Positions 46,794-55,006 of a DNA stretch of 64,000 nucleotides are shown here, in pieces (positions within the stretch are counted from its first letter, which is position 1; every line of letters starts with the position of its first letter). Both the position numbers and the translations under genes were made by a program. A model generated the notes under the pieces. That model did no database searches. It was not told the DNA's origin and saw nothing but the letters and a program-made list of their open reading frames with translations. The stretch is taken from contig JACQID010000006.1 in assembly GCA_016198685.1 (NCBI GenBank), positions 64,001 to 128,000 of the forward strand. The letters are read 5' to 3'. Origin of the DNA: Candidatus Aenigmatarchaeota archaeon (GTDB taxonomy: Archaea > Aenigmatarchaeota > Aenigmatarchaeia > GW2011-AR5).

Positions 46794-47639
46794 ATGGGAC
46801 AAATTCTTATCACGGGCTGCGGAGGTTATATAGGCTCCCGGCTCGCTGCGTTTCTTCTGAAAAAGGGCCATAAAATTGTCGGCATTTCGCGTCACGGTAT
46901 GAATGCATCGTTTCCTTTCTATGAAGGGGATATCCGCGACAAAAAGCTTCTGGGAACCATAATGAGCAAAGAGTATATTTCCGTCGTGTTTCATCTTGCA
47001 GCTCTGCTGAAAAGCGATGATGAAAAAGAGACTTGGGACATAAACGTCAACGGCACAAAAAGCGTAGCGATGGCCTTTTCGGAAAGCAGCGCGAAAAAAA
47101 TCATATTCGCCAGCTCGGCGAAGGCATACGGAAAAATGGATGCAGTCCCGGTTAGAGAAGAAGACAAACTGAACCCGCGTTCGCCCTACGGTAAATCGAA
47201 AGCCGAGGCGGAGAACGTGCTTCGCGGCATTGCCGGCAAACAGGTTATCGTATTCAGGCAAACTTACCTTTATGGCAAGGGGATGCCTGCCGGATTTCTC
47301 ATTCCGGATATTATACGGCAGATGGATTCCGGAGCAGTCACTTTGCGGAATGCGGATGTTAAAAGGGATTTCATACACATAGACGATCTTATCGGGGTCT
47401 ATTTCAAAGCCCTTGAAACGCCGGTGGAAGGCACATTCAACATAAGCTGCGGAAAATCCATCACGCTTCGCGATGCGGCGCATCTTCTTGCTGCGGCCGC
47501 AGGGAAGAAAATCACGGTAAAGAGCCTAGACCTGCCTGAGGATAATCAGGAAGAGCTTCTTGACATTGAGAAAATCAAGCGCGTTCTTGGCTGGGATCCT
47601 TCAGTAGGGTATAAAGAAGGATTCAGGCGCTGCGTCTGA
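46794..47639 (+). CDS. NAD-dependent NDP-sugar epimerase/reductase
   Basis: ITGCGGYIG, SSAKAYG, PYGKSK, RDFIHIDD. Confidence 0.85.
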   Translation: MGQILITGCGGYIGSRLAAFLLKKGHKIVGISRHGMNASFPFYEGDIRDKKLLGTIMSKEYISVVFHLAALLKSDDEKETWDINVNGTKSVAMAFSESSAKKIIFASSAKAYGKMDAVPVREEDKLNPRSPYGKSKAEAENVLRGIAGKQVIVFRQTYLYGKGMPAGFLIPDIIRQMDSGAVTLRNADVKRDFIHIDDLIGVYFKALETPVEGTFNISCGKSITLRDAAHLLAAAAGKKITVKSLDLPEDNQEELLDIEKIKRVLGWDPSVGYKEGFRRCV

Positions 47640-47640
47640 A

Positions 47641-49131
47641 TCACATATACCCTAAATCGCGCAATTTTTTCTTTACAAGCTCTTCTTCGCCTTTTTCCAT
47701 GTCAGTGCTTCCTTCGGGTTTCAAAGAGTCAAAATAACGCGTTTGCTTGTTTTCTTTAAGCATATCGTACAGCACTTTGCCGTCGCAATCGCGGGGGACT
47801 GGAACTTCCATGTTGTGGAGAATCGTCGGAGCAATGTCCATGATTGACGCATCCAGGTGCATTGATTCCTTTATGTCCGGGCCAAAGCAGAGCATAATTC
47901 CTTCCGGTGCAAATGTGTGGTAGCCTTTCCAGACTGCCGTGCCTGCCGGAGAAATAATGGACGTTGAGAAATTCGTATTTATCGCGTAATTCTCGTTCAT
48001 GAGAAATACTATCTCAGGCATATTATCAGCCAATGCGCCGGTGTAGGCTTCCGTTTTTATATTCACTTCCCTGAATACGGGGATTCCCTGATCCAGAACA
48101 AGCTTCAGCTTGTCTCTAATCTCAATGATATGTTCCTTGTTCCTTACAAATAAGCTGAAATTATTGAAACCGAGAAAATCCGGCTTCTCCTGAATATTCT
48201 TTATTATATTTTCCTGATGAGGCACAAAGCGCTTCATCCATGCGGGCACTTCGCCTTCCTTGGCGAGCCATCCAAGGAGTTTCTTGCCCAGGGGGTAGAG
48301 CAGTATCTTTATTCTTTCAAAAAGCCCGACTTTTATGTATCCGTTTTCCATGAGCCATGTGTTTATGTGGAAGTATTTTTTTGGCGCCGCATGGAAGCCG
48401 TGATCGGAGATTATGAAGAAGTTGGCTGAAGGGAACTCGTCGTATATTTTCTGCAATGACGCGTCAAGCACCGAATAATAATCGCCTAAAGCTTCAGGAT
48501 CATCCCAGAAAAAATGCTGGAAGCGATCGTTCTCATCAAGAAGTATAAAACCGAATTCCGGCGAATATTTCCTCATCATTTCGATGAAGAAATCCGTCTT
48601 CTTCACGGTCATTGCGGCTATTTTCTCTCGTGTGGCATCCCTGCCGTTTTCTTTCATATATTCAATCGTATTCATGTCTTCCAGCATATCCCTTGCGCGT
48701 GCCGCGTCTTCCTCGGGCAAAATCATGTTTTCATTGATGGACGGCCTGCCTATGCCGGAGACATAAAATCCATTGACATGTTTAGGAGGGAAGGATATAG
48801 GCGGGCACATTACCCCGACCCTCAGACCATTAGAAGAAATAATATCCCATATTTCCATTTCCCTGATATCGCCTGTGCCGGCTATTTTTTCAGAGAATGG
48901 CTTTATTTCCCATGAGATTATGCCGTGTTTTCCTGGATTTTTGCCTGTAGCAAAAGACGTCCATGCCGCTGCCGAGCCCGTAGGCATCACGCTTCTGAGA
49001 ACACCGCGGCATCCCTTCGCCTTCATTGACGAAAGAAACGGCATCTTTTCGCTGAACTGGTCAAAAGAGCTCCAAGTGCCGCCGTCTATGCCTATAACCA
49101 TGTGCATAGGCAGAATATGAACGGAATGCAT
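47641..49131 (-). CDS. Alkaline phosphatase superfamily protein (type I phosphodiesterase/NPP-like; start probably 49107)
   Basis: VIGIDGGTW, SAAAWTSFATGKNPGKHGI, DRFQHFFW, ISDHGF, GYH, DIAPTILH; C-terminus KKKLRDLGYM. Confidence 0.88.
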   Translation of the reverse strand: MHSVHILPMHMVIGIDGGTWSSFDQFSEKMPFLSSMKAKGCRGVLRSVMPTGSAAAWTSFATGKNPGKHGIISWEIKPFSEKIAGTGDIREMEIWDIISSNGLRVGVMCPPISFPPKHVNGFYVSGIGRPSINENMILPEEDAARARDMLEDMNTIEYMKENGRDATREKIAAMTVKKTDFFIEMMRKYSPEFGFILLDENDRFQHFFWDDPEALGDYYSVLDASLQKIYDEFPSANFFIISDHGFHAAPKKYFHINTWLMENGYIKVGLFERIKILLYPLGKKLLGWLAKEGEVPAWMKRFVPHQENIIKNIQEKPDFLGFNNFSLFVRNKEHIIEIRDKLKLVLDQGIPVFREVNIKTEAYTGALADNMPEIVFLMNENYAINTNFSTSIISPAGTAVWKGYHTFAPEGIMLCFGPDIKESMHLDASIMDIAPTILHNMEVPVPRDCDGKVLYDMLKENKQTRYFDSLKPEGSTDMEKGEEELVKKKLRDLGYM

Positions 49132-49179
49132 TTAATAGTAAATGGCATATTTTGGGACATATATTTATTCATTTTCTCT

Positions 49180-50262
49180 CTATAATCCGTACCGCTTCTT
49201 CAATTCAGCCATAAGAAACTTTTCCGCCTCGCCGAACGGTTTTTCCGAAGGCATTGTCTCGTCCGGGTCATTTTTCAAGTCATAGAACTCCCATTTATCG
49301 GGCGTTTTGTAGTAAACTGCCTTCGCCTGCGGCAAGCGCGCGCAAAAAACATTATGGTTCTTATGCGATGGCCACGGCCCGCCAAGCCCGCCGGTTTCGG
49401 AAAAGACAAGGCGATGCTCATCCAAGGAAAGAAGCGGCTCGCCGTCAGGCTTTTCAAAATTGCTTTCAAGCTTGATGCCCAAAAGCTTCAATATTGTCGG
49501 CATTATATCCACGCTGCTCGCCTGATAATGATTCTCGGCAGGGGTTTGCCCCGGCATACTGATTACACAAAAAGTTTTGAGCGTGTAGTCAAAAACAAAA
49601 CAGCCGTACATCCGCTCGCCGTTCTTTTCCCCGAGGCTCACGCCATGGTCGGACAAAATAATAATGATCGAATTACTGTCATATCCGAGCTGCGATATCT
49701 TGCCTAATATCCTCTCAAGATAGGCATTGCAGCCGGCCATATAACCCTCGTAGCGTTGCTTATTTTCTTTCGACATTGCAAAGAACTCCGGTCCCATGTC
49801 AGTATAGCGCTTCTGAACATCCTTTATCAATCCTGTGTGAATGTTGCTGTAATGCAGATAAAGGAAGAACTTGCCGTTCATGGATTCAAGGAGAGTTTCG
49901 TGGCGCTCGGCAAGGTCATCCTTGTTCTCATCGTGAATACCGAAAGCGTCAAAGCCGTCGCGCGGGAGTATGCTGTCATTGATTACATCGGCAGTGCAAT
50001 TGTAACCCGCATCCTTGAGATACTGCGTCAGCGTCTTGAATTTGTTTTTCTTGAACCGGAACATGTTATAATAGGAATCAACCCCGTTCCTTGACGGGTA
50101 GGTTCCGGAAAAAACCGCATGCATTGATGCAATAGTATATGGCGCGGCCGTTATGATGCCGGAGTAGAACTTTGATCTGGCTATGAATGAATTAAGAGAT
50201 TTTATCTTGCTTACATGGTCGCGCCTTAGCCCGTCCATGGTTATCATGATGACATTCATCAT
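49180..50262 (-). CDS. Sulfatase-like hydrolase/transferase with Thr nucleophile
   Basis: ITMDGLRRDH, APYTIASM, YLHY..IH, SDHG, VDIMPT, YDLKNDPDE. Confidence 0.85.
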   Translation of the reverse strand: MMNVIMITMDGLRRDHVSKIKSLNSFIARSKFYSGIITAAPYTIASMHAVFSGTYPSRNGVDSYYNMFRFKKNKFKTLTQYLKDAGYNCTADVINDSILPRDGFDAFGIHDENKDDLAERHETLLESMNGKFFLYLHYSNIHTGLIKDVQKRYTDMGPEFFAMSKENKQRYEGYMAGCNAYLERILGKISQLGYDSNSIIIILSDHGVSLGEKNGERMYGCFVFDYTLKTFCVISMPGQTPAENHYQASSVDIMPTILKLLGIKLESNFEKPDGEPLLSLDEHRLVFSETGGLGGPWPSHKNHNVFCARLPQAKAVYYKTPDKWEFYDLKNDPDETMPSEKPFGEAEKFLMAELKKRYGL

Positions 50263-51011
50263 TTTTCCCCTATCGCGAATGCGGCGTTGGTGTCTATGAG
50301 GATTCGGCCCCCTGCAGTCCTTACATTATAGTGCTTCTTGAATTCTTCGCTCCCATTGACATGAAGATATACTATGCGTTTTTTCACTTCCTCGCTCAGA
50401 GTTCCGTCATTGTCAAGCCAGTTTATCAGATCAAAATCAGGATCCTTGACTATTTCTACAGAGGCTTTCGCAAACCCGGCATCGCGCAGAAGTTTTTTCA
50501 TTTCCTCCGGGACAAACGTGACGCGCGTTTCTTTGAGTGCAAATATCCTTTCAAAATCGCTCTTAAGGCTAGGGTGCGGCGGCACGCCTTCCTGGAGTAT
50601 AAATTTACCGCCTTTCTTGAGCACGCGCAGGCATTCCTTTGCGGCTTTGAGCCTGTCTTCTGCAGAAAGTATATTGTGGAAGACATTCCTTGCAGTGACC
50701 CTGTCGTAATATCCATCGGCAATATTCATGCTTCGTATATCCCCTTCCTTATAGAAAACATTCTTGCAGCCGTTGAATGCCAGAGAAAGCATTTCCGGCG
50801 ATATATCTATTCCATGGACTTCCTTTACATGAGGGGCTATGGTAACGGCAATTGCGCCTGTTCCCGTGCCCGCATCAAGCACTATCTGATTCGGAGCAAA
50901 ATCGCCGTGTTTCAGAATAGCCTTTTTTAAATTGTCGTTGTTGACCCACTTTAGATTATTATAAGTCTTAGCTCTCGCTTTCCATACTTTTTTCTGATCA
51001 GTTTCCAGCAT
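50259..51011 (-). CDS. Class I SAM-dependent methyltransferase
   Basis: VLDAGTGTG, GIDISPEML, RVLKKGG. Confidence 0.9.
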   Translation of the reverse strand: MLETDQKKVWKARAKTYNNLKWVNNDNLKKAILKHGDFAPNQIVLDAGTGTGAIAVTIAPHVKEVHGIDISPEMLSLAFNGCKNVFYKEGDIRSMNIADGYYDRVTARNVFHNILSAEDRLKAAKECLRVLKKGGKFILQEGVPPHPSLKSDFERIFALKETRVTFVPEEMKKLLRDAGFAKASVEIVKDPDFDLINWLDNDGTLSEEVKKRIVYLHVNGSEEFKKHYNVRTAGGRILIDTNAAFAIGEK

Positions 51012-51239
51012 TTACTCACCCAAATAACCGAGGGACTTTAGCCTCGATTTTATTTTTCTTTCCATAGTCTTATCCATAGTCTTTTCGTTTTCGGAAAGTA
51101 TCATCCTCATTACAAATACCACGAATTGCGAAACGTTGGGAAATCCGGTTTCTGCAATGAGGGCTTCGAGCTTTTCGTAAAGATTCTTAGGGATGGAAAC
51201 GGTCTTGTAGCCTATCTTTCTCGTGCTCTTTACTTTCAT
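51012..51239 (-). CDS. CopG-like ribbon-helix-helix regulator with RLKSLGYL tail
   Basis: YKTVSIPKNLYEKLE...GFPNVSQFVVFVMR; C-terminus KIKSRLKSLGYLGE. Confidence 0.85.
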   Translation of the reverse strand: MKVKSTRKIGYKTVSIPKNLYEKLEALIAETGFPNVSQFVVFVMRMILSENEKTMDKTMERKIKSRLKSLGYLGE

Positions 51240-51258
51240 AATAGATAATAATAGATAA
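51240..51258. promoter_or_regulatory. AATAGATAA direct repeat (10-bp period) abutting the RHH start codon
   Basis: AATAGATAA at 51240-51248 and 51250-51258. Confidence 0.45.
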
Positions 51259-51331
51259 CGTCAAAAATATAAAGGCGCTCGATGGCGAAAAAACTCAATA
51301 AACTTTAATACGTTAAAGCGAACTGTTTCCT

Positions 51332-52465
51332 ATGGGTATGAAATACGTTCATTCTGTCTGTTCCGAGATACCGCGCGGAGGGGTGGGCGGAATCGCATAT
51401 CATGCCATGGATCAGATGAACAGGCGTGGATTTTTGAAAAAAGGCTTCATCATGAACCAGAACAAAGGCGGAAATATAGGGCCTCTCACTAAATTTTTCT
51501 TCCCGCCCAAACCGCCTTATTTCCCCATAGACAGCTATTATTCCATAAGAAACACGATTTTTGATAATTTCGTTGCGCAAATGATGCCTAAAGATGCCGA
51601 CATATTTCACGGTTGGATAGGCCACGGAATGAAATCCTTCGAAAGGGCGAAGGCCATGGGAATAAGGACCGTGACGCACGGCGCATCCCTCCATCCGGTA
51701 GACCAGAACAAGATACTCGTGGAAGAGTTCGCTAAATACAAAGTAAACGATGCGCCCTTGTCCGCGAAGACCGTAGACAAATACGTAAAGGAACTCAGGA
51801 ATGTGGAATACATAGCTGCGTCGTGCGACGTCTCAAAGGACAGCTTCATACAAAACGGTTATCCTGAAGAAAATGTTTTTGAAACGCCTTTTGGCGTAGA
51901 CACTGAAAAGTATACTCCGGGAGAAAAGACAGATGACATTTTCAGGGCAATATTCATAGGCACGGTCGGCTTGAGAAAAGGCCCGCAATATCTGCTTGAT
52001 GCATGGACCAAATGGAAGGCGAATAACAAGGAACTTGTTATTCTCGGTCCCATCGAAAGCACTATAGCGCCAATAATGGCGCCTTTCCGCAATTCCAAAG
52101 ACGTCAGATGGGTCAAATGGAGCGATGATCTGAAGAAGATGTGCAATGACTCATCCGTATTCATATTGCCTGCGCTCGAGGAAGGAGGGACTACGCTTGC
52201 GCAGATGACTGCCATGGCATGCGGCCTTCCGTGCATAGTGACGCATGCGACTTACTTTCCCGTAAGGGACGGAAAAGAAGGATTGATAATAGACGAAAGA
52301 GACTTGACGCAGATTAAAGAAGCACTGAAATATTTCAAGGACAATCCTTCCGAAGTCAAGCGCATGGGCAAGAATGCAAGAAAACGCGCAGAAAAATACA
52401 CATGGGATTATTACGGGCAGACGCTCGAAAAAATGTTCAAGGAGATTATGGAGAGAGGTTCATGA
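51332..52465 (+). CDS. GT4 glycosyltransferase
   Basis: PFGVD, FIGTVGLRKG, LPALEEGG...AMACGLP. Confidence 0.9.
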   Translation: MGMKYVHSVCSEIPRGGVGGIAYHAMDQMNRRGFLKKGFIMNQNKGGNIGPLTKFFFPPKPPYFPIDSYYSIRNTIFDNFVAQMMPKDADIFHGWIGHGMKSFERAKAMGIRTVTHGASLHPVDQNKILVEEFAKYKVNDAPLSAKTVDKYVKELRNVEYIAASCDVSKDSFIQNGYPEENVFETPFGVDTEKYTPGEKTDDIFRAIFIGTVGLRKGPQYLLDAWTKWKANNKELVILGPIESTIAPIMAPFRNSKDVRWVKWSDDLKKMCNDSSVFILPALEEGGTTLAQMTAMACGLPCIVTHATYFPVRDGKEGLIIDERDLTQIKEALKYFKDNPSEVKRMGKNARKRAEKYTWDYYGQTLEKMFKEIMERGS

Positions 52466-53964
52466 TAACTTTAGGAATAAGCATGCATCATGACAGCAGT
52501 GCTGCTCTTGTGGACGACGGGCAGGTTCTTGATGCGGCGGCCGAGGAAAGGTTTACGCGCGTAAAGCACGATGGGAATGTTCCTGTAAAGGCCATTGAAT
52601 GGCTCTTGCAAAAGCATGCACTCAAGGCGGAAGATCTTGTTGTCACGCTTTCCGAAAACAGGCCTAACCCGTTGTATAATATGGGAAATCATTATGGCAA
52701 TTTGCTTCATATGCCGTTTTACGTCAAGGAGACCGTGCTGAAGACGAATGTGCCGGCTTATCTCAAAAAATTCAAGAAAACAGTTTTCGTTCCGCATGAA
52801 CTCGGGCACGCAAGAAGCGCGTTTGGGAGCTCTTCTTTCAATAAAGCCGCGATAATAGTCATGGATGGCGCCGGAACCGACCATGCAAAAGCCGTTTCAG
52901 GGGGCATATTCCATGGCAACGGCAAGGAGATAGAGCCCATTGAATACATGGACATCAAGAGAAGCTTAGGATTTTTCTATGGCGGGCTGACCGTTGCCCT
53001 TGACTTCCAGTTCAACGACGGCGAATGGAAAACAATGGGTCTTGCGCCTTATGGAGGGAATTACATCCAGGAACTGGAAGATTTATGGAGGAAAGAGAAG
53101 TGGGACACTTATTACAGGAACATGCCAAAGATGAAAGCAATCGTGGCCAAGCACAGAAAGGAGGACATAGCTTTCACGGCCCAGAAAATACTTGAGGATG
53201 AAGTTGTCAGGCTTTGCGACAGGGCAGTTGAGTTAACGGGGACAAAAAACATCTGCATTGCCGGCGGAGTGGGCCTCAATGTCAAGGCGAATATGCTGCT
53301 TGTAGAAAAAGGATACGATGTCTTTGTCTATCCGAATCCCGGAGACAGCGGACTTGCCGTCGGCACGGCGCTGGAGTTCCAACAGGAGAAAAGAGAGATA
53401 GATGCAATTTATTACGGCCCTGATTATGACTTCATTGCGGGCGAAAAAATCGATCCTTCCCAGACGGCGGCAGACCTTCTTGAGAAGGGCAAAGTCATAG
53501 GCTGGTTTCAGGGAAAGATGGAATGGGGCCCAAGGGCATTGGGAAACAGAAGCATTCTTGCAGATCCCAGCAAAGCTGACATGAAGGACGTAGTGAACAG
53601 AAAAGTCAAGTATAGGGAAGCATGGAGGCCTTTTGCGCCTTCTATGCTGGAAGAAAAGGCAGGCATGTACGTCGAGAATGCAAAAAAATCCCCCTATATG
53701 ATCATAGGATTCAGGGCCAAAAACGCAGAAGAGATACCTGCAGTCGTCCACGTTGATGGAACAACAAGGCCTCAAACTGTGAACAGGAGCCAGAACAGAA
53801 GATACTATGATCTTATCAAGGCATTCAAGATTCCGGTGGTCATGAATACGTCTTTCAACCTTGCAGGAGAGCCGATAGTATGCACTCCGCAGGATGCTGT
53901 AAATACTTTCAGAAAATCGGGCTTGGACGCATTGATTGTGAACGACCGGCTTCTTGAGAAATAA
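52462..53964 (+). CDS. O-carbamoyltransferase, NodU/CmcH family
   Basis: HDSSAA, EERFTRVKH, GEWKTMGLAPYG, GGVGLN, GDSG, EWGPRALGNRSIL, RPFAPS, HVDGT, NTSFN. Confidence 0.93.
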   Translation: MITLGISMHHDSSAALVDDGQVLDAAAEERFTRVKHDGNVPVKAIEWLLQKHALKAEDLVVTLSENRPNPLYNMGNHYGNLLHMPFYVKETVLKTNVPAYLKKFKKTVFVPHELGHARSAFGSSSFNKAAIIVMDGAGTDHAKAVSGGIFHGNGKEIEPIEYMDIKRSLGFFYGGLTVALDFQFNDGEWKTMGLAPYGGNYIQELEDLWRKEKWDTYYRNMPKMKAIVAKHRKEDIAFTAQKILEDEVVRLCDRAVELTGTKNICIAGGVGLNVKANMLLVEKGYDVFVYPNPGDSGLAVGTALEFQQEKREIDAIYYGPDYDFIAGEKIDPSQTAADLLEKGKVIGWFQGKMEWGPRALGNRSILADPSKADMKDVVNRKVKYREAWRPFAPSMLEEKAGMYVENAKKSPYMIIGFRAKNAEEIPAVVHVDGTTRPQTVNRSQNRRYYDLIKAFKIPVVMNTSFNLAGEPIVCTPQDAVNTFRKSGLDALIVNDRLLEK

Positions 53965-53966
53965 GG

Positions 53967-54956
53967 CTATTCAAGATCCTTAAGCATCTGTTTGATTCTG
54001 TGAACATACGTATGCTTTTGGATGGCTTTCTTCCTTGCTCTTTGCGCCATAGTTTTTCTTTCTTTTTCATTACGCAAGTAATAGTCTATAAGATTTAACA
54101 TTTCTTTCTTTGTCCTGTATGATGCCATCTCGTTCTTCGCGTAGAATAGCCGAAGGTCCGGCCTGTCGTCAACAAGCATGAAGCCCCCGCAGGCCGGCGC
54201 CTCAAATGCGCGCATGGTGAGGCTTCCCATTGACTGCTCCTGATGAGTTCCTATCGCTATCTTAGAAGCGGTGAACACACGGGACATGTTCTGGCCGTTA
54301 GCGGGGCGCATGGTGGCGGATTTTTTCAGGGATTCACTTTCGCAGTTCTGCCACTCGTTGCCCCATATCTTAAGTCCGAATCTTTCCAGCCCAGAAAGAA
54401 GCGCTTCCCTTTCCGGGTAATATGTGCCTACAAAGCATAGGTTGCTCCCGAATGCTTCGTGTTCGGCTCCTGAAAGCTCAGCGGGCTTGTGAATTTCAGG
54501 GTCGCATGCAAACGGTAGGAAACGCGCATTGTCAAAACCTAATGCCATCAGGCGCTTTTCCATATCTTTTACCGGAGTGAAGAATGAATCATACAGTCGT
54601 ATGCTTCTGGCGACTTTCGGCGACGAATAAAGCGGATGGAAGGGTGAATCCATGCACCAGTTGGCTGTCTTTATGCCGCGTTTTTTGAGTGATTCTATGG
54701 TAAAAGGCTCGAGTACTTCACCCTTGAGGACAAGCACAAGATCAGGCTTCTCTTTTTTTGCAAGAGAAAGAAGTCGTCTGTTAGGAAGAGCGTCGCCCAG
54801 CACGAGCTTGGAAACAGCATGGCCGGGCAGTCCGTATTTGTGGGCTGATGCCAGATAATCATGCGGAATTATTTCATGGCCGAGCTTGGCCAATGCCCTC
54901 ATGCAATAATCCCCAAGCGACCAAGGGGCCTTGGAGTGAGATACAATTATGCGCAT
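53967..54956 (-). CDS. CgeB/YkvP-like glycosyltransferase (Glyco_trans_1_2)
   Basis: LPFACDPEIH, FVGTYYPERE, MRAFEAPACGGF, HTYVHR. Confidence 0.85.
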   Translation of the reverse strand: MRIIVSHSKAPWSLGDYCMRALAKLGHEIIPHDYLASAHKYGLPGHAVSKLVLGDALPNRRLLSLAKKEKPDLVLVLKGEVLEPFTIESLKKRGIKTANWCMDSPFHPLYSSPKVARSIRLYDSFFTPVKDMEKRLMALGFDNARFLPFACDPEIHKPAELSGAEHEAFGSNLCFVGTYYPEREALLSGLERFGLKIWGNEWQNCESESLKKSATMRPANGQNMSRVFTASKIAIGTHQEQSMGSLTMRAFEAPACGGFMLVDDRPDLRLFYAKNEMASYRTKKEMLNLIDYYLRNEKERKTMAQRARKKAIQKHTYVHRIKQMLKDLE

Positions 54957-55006
54957 TATTAATCGGATGTTGGCATCCTTTTAAACTTTACACCATAACC
55001 AGAAAA

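Noticed and set aside
23503-54956. Long N-terminal extensions in the ORF track for 23503-24672, 25284-26456 and 54848-56461
   Set aside because: They overlap divergent genes or promoters; family homology and TATA spacing point to starts at 24504, 26384 and 55007.
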